Positions 47,435-57,580 of a stretch of 64,000 bases of DNA are shown in pieces. The DNA lies in assembly GCA_964422745.1 (NCBI GenBank), contig CAYRCK010000010.1, positions 11,136 through 75,135 on the forward strand, written 5' to 3'. A program made the position numbers and the translations under genes. The notes beneath the pieces were generated by a model. That model did no database searches. It had not been told where the DNA came from and saw only the letters and a list, made by a program, of their open reading frames with translations. How positions within the stretch are numbered: the stretch's first letter is position 1; the number at the start of each line of letters is the position of its first letter. This DNA is from an uncultured bacterium. GTDB lineage: Bacteria > Krumholzibacteriota > Krumholzibacteriia > Krumholzibacteriales > Krumholzibacteriaceae.

Positions 47435-47821
47435 TCAGTACCTCTCGTAGGATTTGATATCGGTGATCCTCGATGAGAGCATCTCATCTATACGCCGCTT
47501 TACGGCGGCACGGAGATCATTCGTCTTGTAAACCGAACGTGCGAGCTCTATAAAGCGGCTCCCGAAATCCCCATCCCGTTCGCATTCGCGTATCTCATTT
47601 TCCGTATCCCACAGCTTTTCGTTGATCTCCTTGAGCTCCGCAGTCAATCTCTCCAGCTCCTCATTCCCGCGGATATCCCTTTCAAACGCCTCGAGGAGCA
47701 TTTCCAGCTCTGCCCTTATGTGCCCCAGGGCCTCCTCTCCCTCTATGCGCTCGCTCTTTATCCTGAGGATCGTGATCCTGTCGATGAGTTCGCCGGGGCC
47801 GATCTCGACTCTTATGCTCAT
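47435..47821 (-). CDS. DUF6165-like protein
   Basis: GELIDRITIL.IK, L..IN..LW..E..IR, F..LARSVY..ND.R..VK, K.Y. Confidence 0.8.
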   Translation of the reverse strand: MSIRVEIGPGELIDRITILRIKSERIEGEEALGHIRAELEMLLEAFERDIRGNEELERLTAELKEINEKLWDTENEIRECERDGDFGSRFIELARSVYKTNDLRAAVKRRIDEMLSSRITDIKSYERY

Positions 47822-47945
47822 GTTTCAATCCCCCTCGGGATCCGATCGAGGATAGAGGACGCCTGACGCAGGCTGAACGGGCCCGGCGCCGCGAACGCCC
47901 CTATGTGCCGTCTTTGTCGCAACCGCGGGTTGCCCGGGAAGCCGC

Positions 47946-48236
47946 TCACCTGTTCACCTTGACCATCACTATGTCGGCATGCGAGGCCCTGTGCCTGTGC
48001 TTTGCAAGCTCCTGATACTCAGCGGAATCATACCAGCGCCTGGCTTCTTCCTCGCTCGGGAACCTCATAAGCACGGTTCGAGTGCAATTCCAATCCCCCT
48101 CGAAGACGATCGGATCCTCATCGACTATCAGCACCTTGCCCCTAAAGCCGGCGAAGATCTCGTCGAAGCCTTCCTCGTACTTGCGGTACTCATCCCTGTC
48201 ATGAATCGTGATCTGAGCGATGACGAAACAGCTCAT
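47946..48236 (-). CDS. DUF1330 protein
   Basis: FEGDW…VL..FPS.E.A..WY.S.EYQ. Confidence 0.88.
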   Translation of the reverse strand: MSCFVIAQITIHDRDEYRKYEEGFDEIFAGFRGKVLIVDEDPIVFEGDWNCTRTVLMRFPSEEEARRWYDSAEYQELAKHRHRASHADIVMVKVNR

Positions 48237-48567
48237 TGATCGCTCTCCGTTTCGGTTCAATCCAGCCTCCATATATCTAATAACTCAAATAACCCCACCT
48301 TGTCCAAGTTTTTAAAGCCCGTTATCCTTCCCCCCGCGGCAATCCCATCAATTGTACTGCTGTAGTAGCATCAACGAAAAGGGAGGCCGGGTGCCATTAT
48401 GCTGAAACGTCCGAATAACCGTACAAATTGACTCGGCGGCCGTTTTTTTATAATATTGATCCGTCACTGCGGTCCGGGATCCCGGCTGCAGTGTGTTTAA
48501 TCGAAAACAGCGCAATAGCCGGTCCGTGCGGACTGTCGCGAACCATCGTATCGAGAAGGAGAGAAGT

Positions 48568-49020
48568 ATGGAGTTCAAGAGCGTTGACGAGATCCTCGAT
48601 TACGCGATCGGGCAGGAAGAGGAGGCCGCGCGTTTCTACACAGACCTTGCGGAGAAGGTGAAGCACGGCAACATGAAAGAGATATTCTTAAGCTTCGCGG
48701 AGGAGGAGAAGGGGCACAAGGCCAAACTGGAGAAGATAAAGTCCGGCAAGCTTCTTCTGACCGACGAGACGAAGGTCCTGGACCTCAAGATCGCCGAGCT
48801 GGTCGAAGACGTCGATGTCTCGGAGAACCTGGATTACCAGGAGGCCCTGATAATCGCCATGAAATCGGAGAAGGCGGCCTTCAGGATGTACAGCGACCTG
48901 GCAGGCGCAACGGACGATCCGGAGCTAGAGGTGATGCTGCTCGGGCTGGCACAGGAAGAGGCAAAGCACAAGCTTCGTTTCGAGATCGAATACGATGACG
49001 TGGTGCTCAAGGAGGATTGA
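48568..49020 (+). CDS. Rubrerythrin/ferritin-like di-iron protein
   Basis: AI..EEEA..FY, F..EE..H, A…E..A…Y, L..EE..H. Confidence 0.88.
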   Translation: MEFKSVDEILDYAIGQEEEAARFYTDLAEKVKHGNMKEIFLSFAEEEKGHKAKLEKIKSGKLLLTDETKVLDLKIAELVEDVDVSENLDYQEALIIAMKSEKAAFRMYSDLAGATDDPELEVMLLGLAQEEAKHKLRFEIEYDDVVLKED

Positions 49021-49182
49021 CCGGCGGCGTACCGGAGTAGGGCGAGAATGTCCGGGGGGGTGCGTACGGGCGGTCAGCATGGATATCCGGGCGTGGTCGT
49101 AGGTTCGGAAGCGGTCAACGGCGGTCATTGCAGACCGGGATCAGCCCCATAGGGCCGAACAGCTCGAAGCCATATAAGTATG

Positions 49183-49218
49183 AGGGGCGTCTCGCAGATA
49201 AAATCGCGAAACGCCCCT
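49183..49218. terminator. Terminator-like hairpin between convergent genes
   Basis: AGGGGCGT…ACGCCCCT outer stem with an inner TCGC/GCGA stem. Confidence 0.55.
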
Positions 49219-49236
49219 TCTCATCACATCGGCAAA

Positions 49237-51003
49237 TCAGTCCCTGTACTGGATAACCGTTCCATTGTATCCCACAACGAATATGTTGGCGGTCGAGCTG
49301 CAGTCGATACCATAGAGGGTGTTCCACGTTAAATTCTGGTGCATATCCATCAACTCGGAGCCGTCGTAATGAACGACCGTGCCGCTCCCGGCGAAGTAGA
49401 CATCATCCCCACCGGCACCAGAAACATCGTTGAAGCGGCTGTAATAATCCGAACCTATGGTATTCCAGCTAGAGCCGTCGTATTTCAGGATAAGGCCGTT
49501 ATCACCGCATGCGAAAACGTTGCCCGAAGAGGACGCCCACACGCCCTCCAGGTCCAGCTCCTCGAATCCCGTATCCATCTCGACCCAGTCGGTGCCGTTG
49601 TAGTATATCGCCGTGCCATCATTGCCCACGGCATACACATCATCCACGGCGGTTCCATGAATGCTCAGGAGTGTCACCGAGACGACCGGTGTGAAGGTCT
49701 CCCATGTTGACCCGTCGTAATGGTAGACATAGCCCGAGTTCCCGGCTGCGAACACATGATCGCCGATCACGAATACATCGTACAGGCCGGCCGAGCCCTG
49801 CCCGTGGCCGACCTCGCTCCAGGAGGAGCCGTCGTAGTGGTACACCATGCCTCCACTCCCCACGGCGTAGAGGTTCGATCCCGTGCCGTCTATACCCTGG
49901 AAATCCGAAGACGTGGCGATACTGCTGTCCCCCCACGCCCCGCCGCTGTAGTGATATATAGCACCGTCTCTGCCGACGGCTACCGCCGTGCTCTTGTCCT
50001 GTGTCCAAACATCGTAGAAATAGGGGAAGCCGCCCACCTCCAGCTCCCAATCCGCCCCGTCGTAGGCACTGATATAGCCTGAAGATCCGGCCGTATATAC
50101 GGCTGCGCTTCCCACGTACATGCAGTATTGGCTGGATCCGACGTTATTATATATATCCGTCCAGGAGCTGCCGTCGAAATGGTACAGGTAGTAGTATGAC
50201 ATAATATAGACATCATTCCACGCCCTTCCACCGACGGCGTCCATGTAATTGGTGCCGAAGACCGGATCGGTCACCGTGCTCCAGGATGTGCCGTTGCAGA
50301 AGCGCACGGTGCCGCTATACCCACAGGCGTATATATGCTCGTCGTCACTGCCCCAGACCGCATTCAGCTGCTCCGTCGTCCCCGATGACATCGGGCTCCA
50401 TGCAGAGCCGTTGTAGTGGAAGACGACTCCGTTGTAGCCGACCGTGTAGATATCGTTATATGCCGCTCCCCATACATCATACAGGTTGTAATAGTCTCCC
50501 AGGCCGAAATACTCCCATTCGGTTCCGTCGAAGTGAGCTATTTCATAACCGCTTCCTACAACCCATATATCCGATGCCGAGCTCCCCCAGATAGCTACAC
50601 TATAAAAATCCCTCTCCAGCAGCTCTATGCTCCAACCGGAGCCGTCGAAGTGGTAGATGCTCCTCGTACCGGTCACGGCGTACATGTTGTCCGGGCCGGT
50701 TCCCCAGAAATCCTGGACGGAGTTGCTTGTGCTGATATCTATGCTCCGCCACTCCGACCCGTCGTAGCGCGCCGCCGATCCCCTATCTCCACCAACGAAG
50801 ATGTTGTCGTCCGAGCTGCCCCCCATTGCATAGTAAGTCGAACCTCCCAGCGGCGGGTAGAGCGATACCCACCGCGCATCTCCCGGGCAGATGGTGGGCG
50901 AGCAGGATGATCCTCCACCCGAGTCGCTGTCACAACCCGGCAGAAATACAACGGCCAATACAGCCGTAGCGATCAGGCCGAGACATAACCGTTTTCGTTC
51001 CAT
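49237..51003 (-). CDS. Lipoprotein with ~14 beta-propeller repeats
   Basis: Lipobox LPGC; repeats L..VWG….DIYAVG..G.V.HYDG..W. Confidence 0.8.
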   Translation of the reverse strand: MERKRLCLGLIATAVLAVVFLPGCDSDSGGGSSCSPTICPGDARWVSLYPPLGGSTYYAMGGSSDDNIFVGGDRGSAARYDGSEWRSIDISTSNSVQDFWGTGPDNMYAVTGTRSIYHFDGSGWSIELLERDFYSVAIWGSSASDIWVVGSGYEIAHFDGTEWEYFGLGDYYNLYDVWGAAYNDIYTVGYNGVVFHYNGSAWSPMSSGTTEQLNAVWGSDDEHIYACGYSGTVRFCNGTSWSTVTDPVFGTNYMDAVGGRAWNDVYIMSYYYLYHFDGSSWTDIYNNVGSSQYCMYVGSAAVYTAGSSGYISAYDGADWELEVGGFPYFYDVWTQDKSTAVAVGRDGAIYHYSGGAWGDSSIATSSDFQGIDGTGSNLYAVGSGGMVYHYDGSSWSEVGHGQGSAGLYDVFVIGDHVFAAGNSGYVYHYDGSTWETFTPVVSVTLLSIHGTAVDDVYAVGNDGTAIYYNGTDWVEMDTGFEELDLEGVWASSSGNVFACGDNGLILKYDGSSWNTIGSDYYSRFNDVSGAGGDDVYFAGSGTVVHYDGSELMDMHQNLTWNTLYGIDCSSTANIFVVGYNGTVIQYRD

Positions 51004-51270
51004 TTCTCCTCCTTATCTGAAGCGGCTTAACCCTCTAGAATGAAATGAATTTAAAAACTCTGCGCATTCTATCAGCTAATCCTTGCGCGATCAAGCCCAT
51101 TCGACCGGAAACCGAACCCGGGATCATCGCCCACGCCCCCCCTATACCCGCCTGCCTCTTGATACCTCGCCGGATTCATGCTATAATCACCGCCGCATCG
51201 ATCCGCATAACTTCAACGATCGAAAAGCTATCGAGCCCACCGCACGTAATGGCTTCTCCGGGAGGGTGGT

Positions 51271-53853
51271 ATGTTACGCAAGGCCGCATGTCCTGTAGCG
51301 CTCATATGCCTGGCCGCCCTGCTGACCGTGGCGTCGGATGCCTGCGCCGGCAATGCCCACAATCATAGATTCCAGGATGTTCTAGACTGCCGATTCCGCA
51401 TCGATTCAGCGCTCGACCTGGGCTACTCAAGACTCGCCGGGGCCGTATCGACGGCCGCGGCGGGGGACACGAACGCATTAAAAACCAGCGTCGCCGAATA
51501 CTTCATCACACACAAACGGCGGTGCAAGATAAAGCAATGGCCGCCCCATGAAAACTCAAAACTCAGGGCGGACGCTTTCCTCGAGGATGAATACATACTA
51601 GGCATACACCCAGGATACCGCCTGAAGAGATCCCTGACATGGAGGGAAAATCCGGCGAAGTCCGATAACTGGATGTTCATGCTGAATGCATTCGACATAC
51701 TGAGAAGCGTCACCGATACCTACAGGGCAAGCGGTGACACGAGATACTCCGAAAAGGCCAAGAACCTGATACTCGACTTTATCGAGGATAATTACGACTT
51801 CAGGCGCCTCCCCGGCAGGTATTCATGGTACGACCACGCGGTGGCCTACAGGGCCATATATCTGGTTGATTTCTATATACATTGCATTTATATGCATGAC
51901 TGTGACGCCGGTTTCATGCTCGAGCTCCTCGAGCTCGTATGGCGTCACGCCGTCTATCTTTCAAAGAGCAGATACTATTCGAGCAAGACAAACCACGGCA
52001 TGTTCAGCAACATCGCCCTACTTAGGATCTCGCTCGCCTTTCCGGAGTTTCGCGACTCTGAAAGTTGGAGGGATACGGCCGTATCCCGCATGGAGCGCCA
52101 GGTGCAGGACAACTTCACAGAATGCGGCGTGCACAAGGAGTACTCCCCCGGTTATCATGTTCTAACCACGAAACTCATCGAACGGTTCGTGGAGGACTGC
52201 CGGGTGGACAGGCGTATCGAACTCTCGAGTGATCTCAAGGACAGAATGAAATCGATAAAAACGAACATACCGTACTTCTTCCTTCCCGACGGGATGTACT
52301 CCCTGATCGGGGACACACAGCTTTTACCTGCGGAAGAGGCGCTTAGACCGCTTGCGGCGCATAATCCGTACATTCGATACGTGCAGACGAGTGGGAAAAG
52401 GGGGCGGCCCCCTCGAGGCAGATCGAAGGCCATGCGCGACGCCCAGATCTTCGTCATGAGAAGCGGGTGGGGAGAGGAGCGGCCGTACGAAGAGGAGTCC
52501 TGCCTGATAGCCGATTTAACCGCATACGGAAACGCCCACCAGCACAAGGATTTCATGTCTTTCGAGCTGTACGCGAAAGGCTATAGATGGATCACCGATC
52601 TCGGGCCCTTCTCATACAACTTCAGTGATCCCAGAAGAATATACATAAAATCGAGCATCGCCCATAATGTCGTCGTGCCTTACAGGGAAGAAACAAAACA
52701 TCTTGTCAGGAAGTCGAGGTTGGAATACGAAAGCCCCTCTCCTACCACCAGGCCCCGGCGGCTGGACCCCCTAGAAGTCAAGCTGAACCAGATCGCGATG
52801 ATTGGAAACACAGAGGATAGGATTTCACTGCTCGAGGGATTGCTCTCGGATTATGTCGGTGATTTCGAGGACAGGATACTCATCATGCTGGCATTCAGCT
52901 ACCTGGAAACCGACACCGATTCCAAGGCGGCTGAAGACTGCCTGATGAGGGTGATAGACAAGGGCTCTCAAAACGAGTACTACGATGTCGCCTCGGAGTT
53001 GCTTTCCCTGAAAGACGAAATACCCGACCTCAACGATCTCGAAAAGAAGGGAAGCGATGACGACCACCACAGGGAACCGGTCCAGGCCGGCACCCGTGGC
53101 GTTGAAATAAAGAGCAGGGGGAAAAACGCCACCCTGCCCGGTGATCCAAGCTCGCGCGAAAATCTTTCGAATAAATCCGGGCTTCATGCAATAGAGGCAG
53201 ATCAAAGAAACAGGCCCGTAGTGGACCACTGGCTTTCGGAGAGTAATTACGATTACCTCGAAGGGCATTTCAATTACACCTGGTTTTTCAAGCATTCACG
53301 ATCGATTCTCTTCGTCAGGCCTCATTATTTTCTGGTGGTTGACAGGCTCGACACCGAAGATCCGTGCACCTTCAGGCAGCTTTTTCACATGCCGCCCGAC
53401 GTGGAGGTGCTAGAGCGCAGTGGCGGGTACACTCTCTCTGTCGGGGATTCGCTGAAATGCCTCTTTCTGCGAATAGCCGGGCCCGGAGAACTACGTGGAA
53501 GGATCGTGAGGGGACATAGAGACCCGGAACTCCAGGGCTGGTACTCGGGAAAGTTCGGCAACTTCGAGGCTGCCCCGGTAGTCGAATACTCGTTCGAGGC
53601 CGAAGAGGGCAGCTACTTTCTGGCCCATCTCTTCGTTCCGGCGGGGAAGGAGGACATATCGGGATTCGAGGTGGAAATCCGTAACGGAGAGAGTTGGGAT
53701 CCCGGAGAGCTCGAGCCTCTTCACCTCGTGATAACCGAACCGCACCACCGCACAAGTATCAAGCTCATGCCGTCTTCGATCTTCGTTCCCTCTCCGAAAG
53801 GCCCGATGGCGGACGAAGATCCGCACATCAAGGTAGCCCGCAGGCGGAAATGA
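51271..53853 (+). CDS. Heparinase II/III-like polysaccharide lyase with internal insertion
   Basis: Signal peptide; NHG, G.HKEYSPGYH, FVMRSGW, HQHKD..SFEL…DLG..Y, AHN, H.RSILF…FLVVD, QLFH. Confidence 0.82.
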   Translation: MLRKAACPVALICLAALLTVASDACAGNAHNHRFQDVLDCRFRIDSALDLGYSRLAGAVSTAAAGDTNALKTSVAEYFITHKRRCKIKQWPPHENSKLRADAFLEDEYILGIHPGYRLKRSLTWRENPAKSDNWMFMLNAFDILRSVTDTYRASGDTRYSEKAKNLILDFIEDNYDFRRLPGRYSWYDHAVAYRAIYLVDFYIHCIYMHDCDAGFMLELLELVWRHAVYLSKSRYYSSKTNHGMFSNIALLRISLAFPEFRDSESWRDTAVSRMERQVQDNFTECGVHKEYSPGYHVLTTKLIERFVEDCRVDRRIELSSDLKDRMKSIKTNIPYFFLPDGMYSLIGDTQLLPAEEALRPLAAHNPYIRYVQTSGKRGRPPRGRSKAMRDAQIFVMRSGWGEERPYEEESCLIADLTAYGNAHQHKDFMSFELYAKGYRWITDLGPFSYNFSDPRRIYIKSSIAHNVVVPYREETKHLVRKSRLEYESPSPTTRPRRLDPLEVKLNQIAMIGNTEDRISLLEGLLSDYVGDFEDRILIMLAFSYLETDTDSKAAEDCLMRVIDKGSQNEYYDVASELLSLKDEIPDLNDLEKKGSDDDHHREPVQAGTRGVEIKSRGKNATLPGDPSSRENLSNKSGLHAIEADQRNRPVVDHWLSESNYDYLEGHFNYTWFFKHSRSILFVRPHYFLVVDRLDTEDPCTFRQLFHMPPDVEVLERSGGYTLSVGDSLKCLFLRIAGPGELRGRIVRGHRDPELQGWYSGKFGNFEAAPVVEYSFEAEEGSYFLAHLFVPAGKEDISGFEVEIRNGESWDPGELEPLHLVITEPHHRTSIKLMPSSIFVPSPKGPMADEDPHIKVARRRK

Positions 53854-53902
53854 AATCCCCCGCGACCACGCGATGCTGACCAACAATTAAGGAATGCTTA
53901 AG

Positions 53903-53931
53903 TTGTATTTCTGCAAGCACTTAAATATAAT
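53903..53931 (+). promoter_or_regulatory. Sigma70 promoter for the serpin gene
   Basis: TTGTAT-17 nt-TATAAT. The ORF-track start at 53932 abuts the -10 box, so the real start is downstream. Confidence 0.65.
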
Positions 53932-53982
53932 ATGAACGAACGGTCAAATGACACGCACTGGCTTGATCCGAAAGGAGATGTA

Positions 53983-55194
53983 ATGCCCGCCCATCGCTGT
54001 ATCAAATGGTGCTTGCTGATTTCCCTGTTCATCATGGTCTTCCCACCCACTAAGGCAGCAGCCGGAGAAAAATCCCGCGCGGGTATGCTCGCAACTGGGA
54101 ATGCGGCCTTCGCGCTCGATCTCTACTCCACATTCGTGGATATGGAAGGCAATATCGTCATGTCGCCCTACAGCATATCGGCGGCGCTCGCCATGACATA
54201 TGCCGGAGCCAGAGGCAATACCGCGGCCCAGATGGAGCGAACGCTGCACTTTCCCTTGCAGGGCGGCGAGCTGCACGCCGGATTCGCGGCGCTCGAAAAA
54301 AGGCTGCGAGAGATACAGGAAGAGGGCTGCGTGACCCTTCATTCGGCCAATTCACTATGGCCTCAGCAGGGATATCCGTTCCTTGAAGAATTCCTCTCAT
54401 CGACGAGGGATCACTACGGCAGCACGGTCACACCGGTCGATTTCCTGAGAGCGCCCGATCTGGCGGCGGAGGTGATCAACGCCTGGATCGAAGAGAGGAC
54501 CGCCGGCAGGATCCCGGATCTCATCCGCAGCGGGGACATCGATCCGGTCACGGTGCTCGTCCTTGTAAACGCCATATATTTCAAAGGGAACTGGCAACAT
54601 CCCTTCGGCGGAAAAAACACCCACGATGCAGAATTCAAAACGCCGGACGGCGCGATGAAGGATGTCAGAATGATGTGCGCCAGGGGGGACTTCAGACTGG
54701 GCGAGTATGAAAGCGCTCAGGTGCTGGAGCTCCCGTATGAATCCGGAGACCTGTCATTCTGCGTTATCCTGCCCCGTGAGGAAAGATCCCTGAGCGAGAT
54801 AGAGCAGACCCTGACGACCGAGCTGCTCGGTTCGTGGATTCGCGGCACATCCAAAAAAGAGCTCCTCGTATATCTGCCGAGATTCACCGCCGAATGGGGT
54901 ACCGTAGATATCTCGAGCAACCTGATATCGCTCGGCATGACCGACGCGTTCAAGAGATTGGTGGCCGACTTCTCCGGCATGGACGGCAGCAGGAATCTGT
55001 TCATCGGGGTGGTGTTCCACAAGGCATTCATCGAGGTCAACGAGGAGGGAACCGAGGCCGCGGCGGCGACCGCCGTTCTGATGAAGAGAGGCGGTCCAGT
55101 ATTTCGCGCCAACCGTCCCTTCCTGTTCCTTATAAGGGAACGAGCAACCGGCAGCATACTGTTCATGGGTAGAATCGTAGATCCGTCTGCATAA
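53983..55194 (+). CDS. Secreted serpin (serine protease inhibitor)
   Basis: SPYSI..ALAMTY.GA.G.T, LVNAIYFKG.W..PF, ELPY, PRF, EV.EEGTEAAAAT, A.RPFLF.I, ILFMGR; AGGAG RBS before ATG 53983. Confidence 0.95.
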   Translation: MPAHRCIKWCLLISLFIMVFPPTKAAAGEKSRAGMLATGNAAFALDLYSTFVDMEGNIVMSPYSISAALAMTYAGARGNTAAQMERTLHFPLQGGELHAGFAALEKRLREIQEEGCVTLHSANSLWPQQGYPFLEEFLSSTRDHYGSTVTPVDFLRAPDLAAEVINAWIEERTAGRIPDLIRSGDIDPVTVLVLVNAIYFKGNWQHPFGGKNTHDAEFKTPDGAMKDVRMMCARGDFRLGEYESAQVLELPYESGDLSFCVILPREERSLSEIEQTLTTELLGSWIRGTSKKELLVYLPRFTAEWGTVDISSNLISLGMTDAFKRLVADFSGMDGSRNLFIGVVFHKAFIEVNEEGTEAAAATAVLMKRGGPVFRANRPFLFLIRERATGSILFMGRIVDPSA

Positions 55195-55296
55195 GAGCGC
55201 AGCAACCGGCTGAGGCGGTTGACGCAAATACGATGTTTATCTCGAGGCGGAGAGGTACTACAATATAACCCTGGACCGAGGATCGGAGAGAACCCT

Positions 55297-55980
55297 TTGC
55301 ACATACTTGTCATCGAAGACGAACAGAAGGTCGCCGGAGCCGTGCGTAAAGGCCTCGAGGCCGAGCACTACGAGGTGACTGTCGCATCAAGCGGAGAGGA
55401 GGGATTCTATCTCGCCTCGACACGTACCTTCGACCTGATCCTTCTTGATCTCATGCTGCCCGGCCGCAGCGGCCTCGAGATACTCTCCTCCCTTCGCGAC
55501 CGGAAATGCGAAACCCCCGTTCTGATTTTAACCGCCAGAGACACGGTCGAAGAACGCGTGCTGGGACTCGACAGCGGCGCCGATGACTACCTCGTGAAGC
55601 CATTCGCCTTTCCCGAGCTTCTCGCGCGTATCCGTGCACTCACCAGGAGGGGAAGGACCGATCAGGCCTTGAGGCTTAAGCTCGCCGATCTCGAATTGGA
55701 CTGCGTGACAAGAAAGGTCGAGAGGGGAGGCGGGGAGATCCACCTGACGGCAAAGGAGTTCGAGCTTCTCGAATACCTGATGCGCAACATGGGGCGCCCG
55801 GTATCACGAGAGATGCTGGCCTCAGACGTCTGGCGGGTCACCGAAAGGGCGACACCTCTCGATAACGTGATCGACGTTCATATTACGAGGCTGCGCCGCA
55901 AGATCGACGCGCCGTTCGAGAAAAAGCTTCTCAAGACGATCCGCGGTGTCGGCTTCGTCCTTCAGGAAGAAGATCCGTGA
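55297..55980 (+). CDS. OmpR-family response regulator (CusR-like)
   Basis: ILVIEDE, LDLMLPG..G, LTARD, GADDYLVKPF, LT.KEF.LL, NVIDVHI.RLR.K, TIRGVG. Confidence 0.93.
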   Translation: MHILVIEDEQKVAGAVRKGLEAEHYEVTVASSGEEGFYLASTRTFDLILLDLMLPGRSGLEILSSLRDRKCETPVLILTARDTVEERVLGLDSGADDYLVKPFAFPELLARIRALTRRGRTDQALRLKLADLELDCVTRKVERGGGEIHLTAKEFELLEYLMRNMGRPVSREMLASDVWRVTERATPLDNVIDVHITRLRRKIDAPFEKKLLKTIRGVGFVLQEEDP

Positions 55981-57338
55981 GACTCAGAAATCCCAGCATC
56001 CGGCTCCGCCTTACGATCTGGTACGCAGCGTTCTTGCTGATCATACTCGGGTCCGTATCGATCGGCGTCTATACCCTGATGCGGCACAATATGGAATCCA
56101 TGCTGAGGAGCAAGCTCGACGGCGGCTACTCCACGGTCGAAGCCGTCGTAAGGAACTCGGGCGGAGATATGATGGATGTCGTTCACCTGGGTCAGGAGGA
56201 GATGTTCGAGATCTCCAGGGACGGCAGCCCGGTCTATAGAACCATCGCATGGGACAGGGTAGTTATGGAGACCGGCCTGGACACTCTCGGACACGATACA
56301 TACGGATCGTTCAGGGCGCCCGGCGGCCGATCGTACAGGTTGAGGGCTGGATCCATCCCGGAACTGGGATACGATCTCACCCTGGCACAGGAGACAACGG
56401 AAATCGAGAATGTTCTAGGCAGGCTTGCCCTGATCCTTCTCACCGTCATGCCCTCCGCCATCATGCTCGCGGTCGTGAGCGGCTACCTGCTGGCGGGCCG
56501 CGCGCTCTCTCCTGTCGACAGGATCACGTCGAAGGCGAGGGAAATAACGGCGGACCGCCTTTCGGAACGCCTTCCGTCACCCAATCCGGATGACGAAATA
56601 GGCCGCCTCGCTGCGGTATTCAACGACACGCTGGCCCGCCTCGAGGATTCCTTCGAGCGGATGCGCAGGTTTACGGCCGATGCCTCGCACGAGCTCAGAA
56701 CACCACTGACCTCTATCAGAAGCGTGGGTGAGGTGGCGCTGCGTGGACCGCAGGACGGTGATTCATACCGAGAATCGATCGGAAGCATCCTCGAAGAAAT
56801 AGACCGCCTGACCTACGTGGTGGACGATCTGCTGATCCTGGCGCGTGGAGACTCGAGCGGCGCGTCGTTGTCCCCACAGAAGCTCGACCTGCACTCTCTC
56901 GTATCCAGGGTCGTGGACGAGCTGAACGTTCTGGCTGAGGAGAAGGACCAGACGCTGACGATCACCGGAGCCGGACCGGTTTTCGCCATTCTAGATCGGG
57001 CAACGATGCACAGGGCCATCGCCAACGTCGTCCATAATGCAGTCAGGTATACCCAAAACGGAGGGGTGATAGAGGTAAGCACGGCCTTTGCGGCCCGGGA
57101 GTCTGTATCGGTGGAGATAACCGACAACGGGCCCGGGATCCCGGCGGAGGAACGAGAACGGGTATTCAAGAGGTTCTACCGTATCGACGAGGCACGATCG
57201 AGGGCAGAGGGTGGGGCGGGCCTCGGGCTGGCCATAGCCCGCTGGGCGGTGGAGGCGAACGGAGGGCGCATAGAGTTTTGCGACGTCGACGGCCCCGGGA
57301 CCTGCTGCAGGATGACCTTTCCACCGGCCGGTGCTTAA
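55977..57338 (+). CDS. Sensor histidine kinase (TM-HAMP-HisKA-HATPase)
   Basis: Two TMs, DEIG.LA..FN, ASHELRTPL, NA.RY, DNGPGI, GLGLAI. Confidence 0.93.
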   Translation: MRLRNPSIRLRLTIWYAAFLLIILGSVSIGVYTLMRHNMESMLRSKLDGGYSTVEAVVRNSGGDMMDVVHLGQEEMFEISRDGSPVYRTIAWDRVVMETGLDTLGHDTYGSFRAPGGRSYRLRAGSIPELGYDLTLAQETTEIENVLGRLALILLTVMPSAIMLAVVSGYLLAGRALSPVDRITSKAREITADRLSERLPSPNPDDEIGRLAAVFNDTLARLEDSFERMRRFTADASHELRTPLTSIRSVGEVALRGPQDGDSYRESIGSILEEIDRLTYVVDDLLILARGDSSGASLSPQKLDLHSLVSRVVDELNVLAEEKDQTLTITGAGPVFAILDRATMHRAIANVVHNAVRYTQNGGVIEVSTAFAARESVSVEITDNGPGIPAEERERVFKRFYRIDEARSRAEGGAGLGLAIARWAVEANGGRIEFCDVDGPGTCCRMTFPPAGA

Positions 57339-57580
57339 AGGGGGGGCTTTTACTCGGGGCGCGGCCGGTGCACTGTTCCCGATTCATCGGCAAATCCGTA
57401 CATCCACGGCGGCACAGGATACCCGGGAACGTGCTTGCTATTTTATAATTCAATAGTATATTTCAGTATAGCATCGAGGGTGGTCTCTAACCATGAATAC
57501 CCCACATAAAACAAGAATAATGGGCTTCTCCATACCGTCCAAAGCATCATCTTTCATTTCCCGAACAGGAGGGTAACGCC

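Noticed and set aside
49020-49180. GC-rich intergenic stretch after the rubrerythrin-like gene as an ncRNA or gene remnant
   Set aside because: No recognisable RNA motif or coding homology; only the downstream terminator hairpin is supported.
52684-53214. Intein or mobile insertion in the heparinase-like gene
   Set aside because: No intein splice motifs, homing-endonuclease signature, terminal repeats or target duplication.
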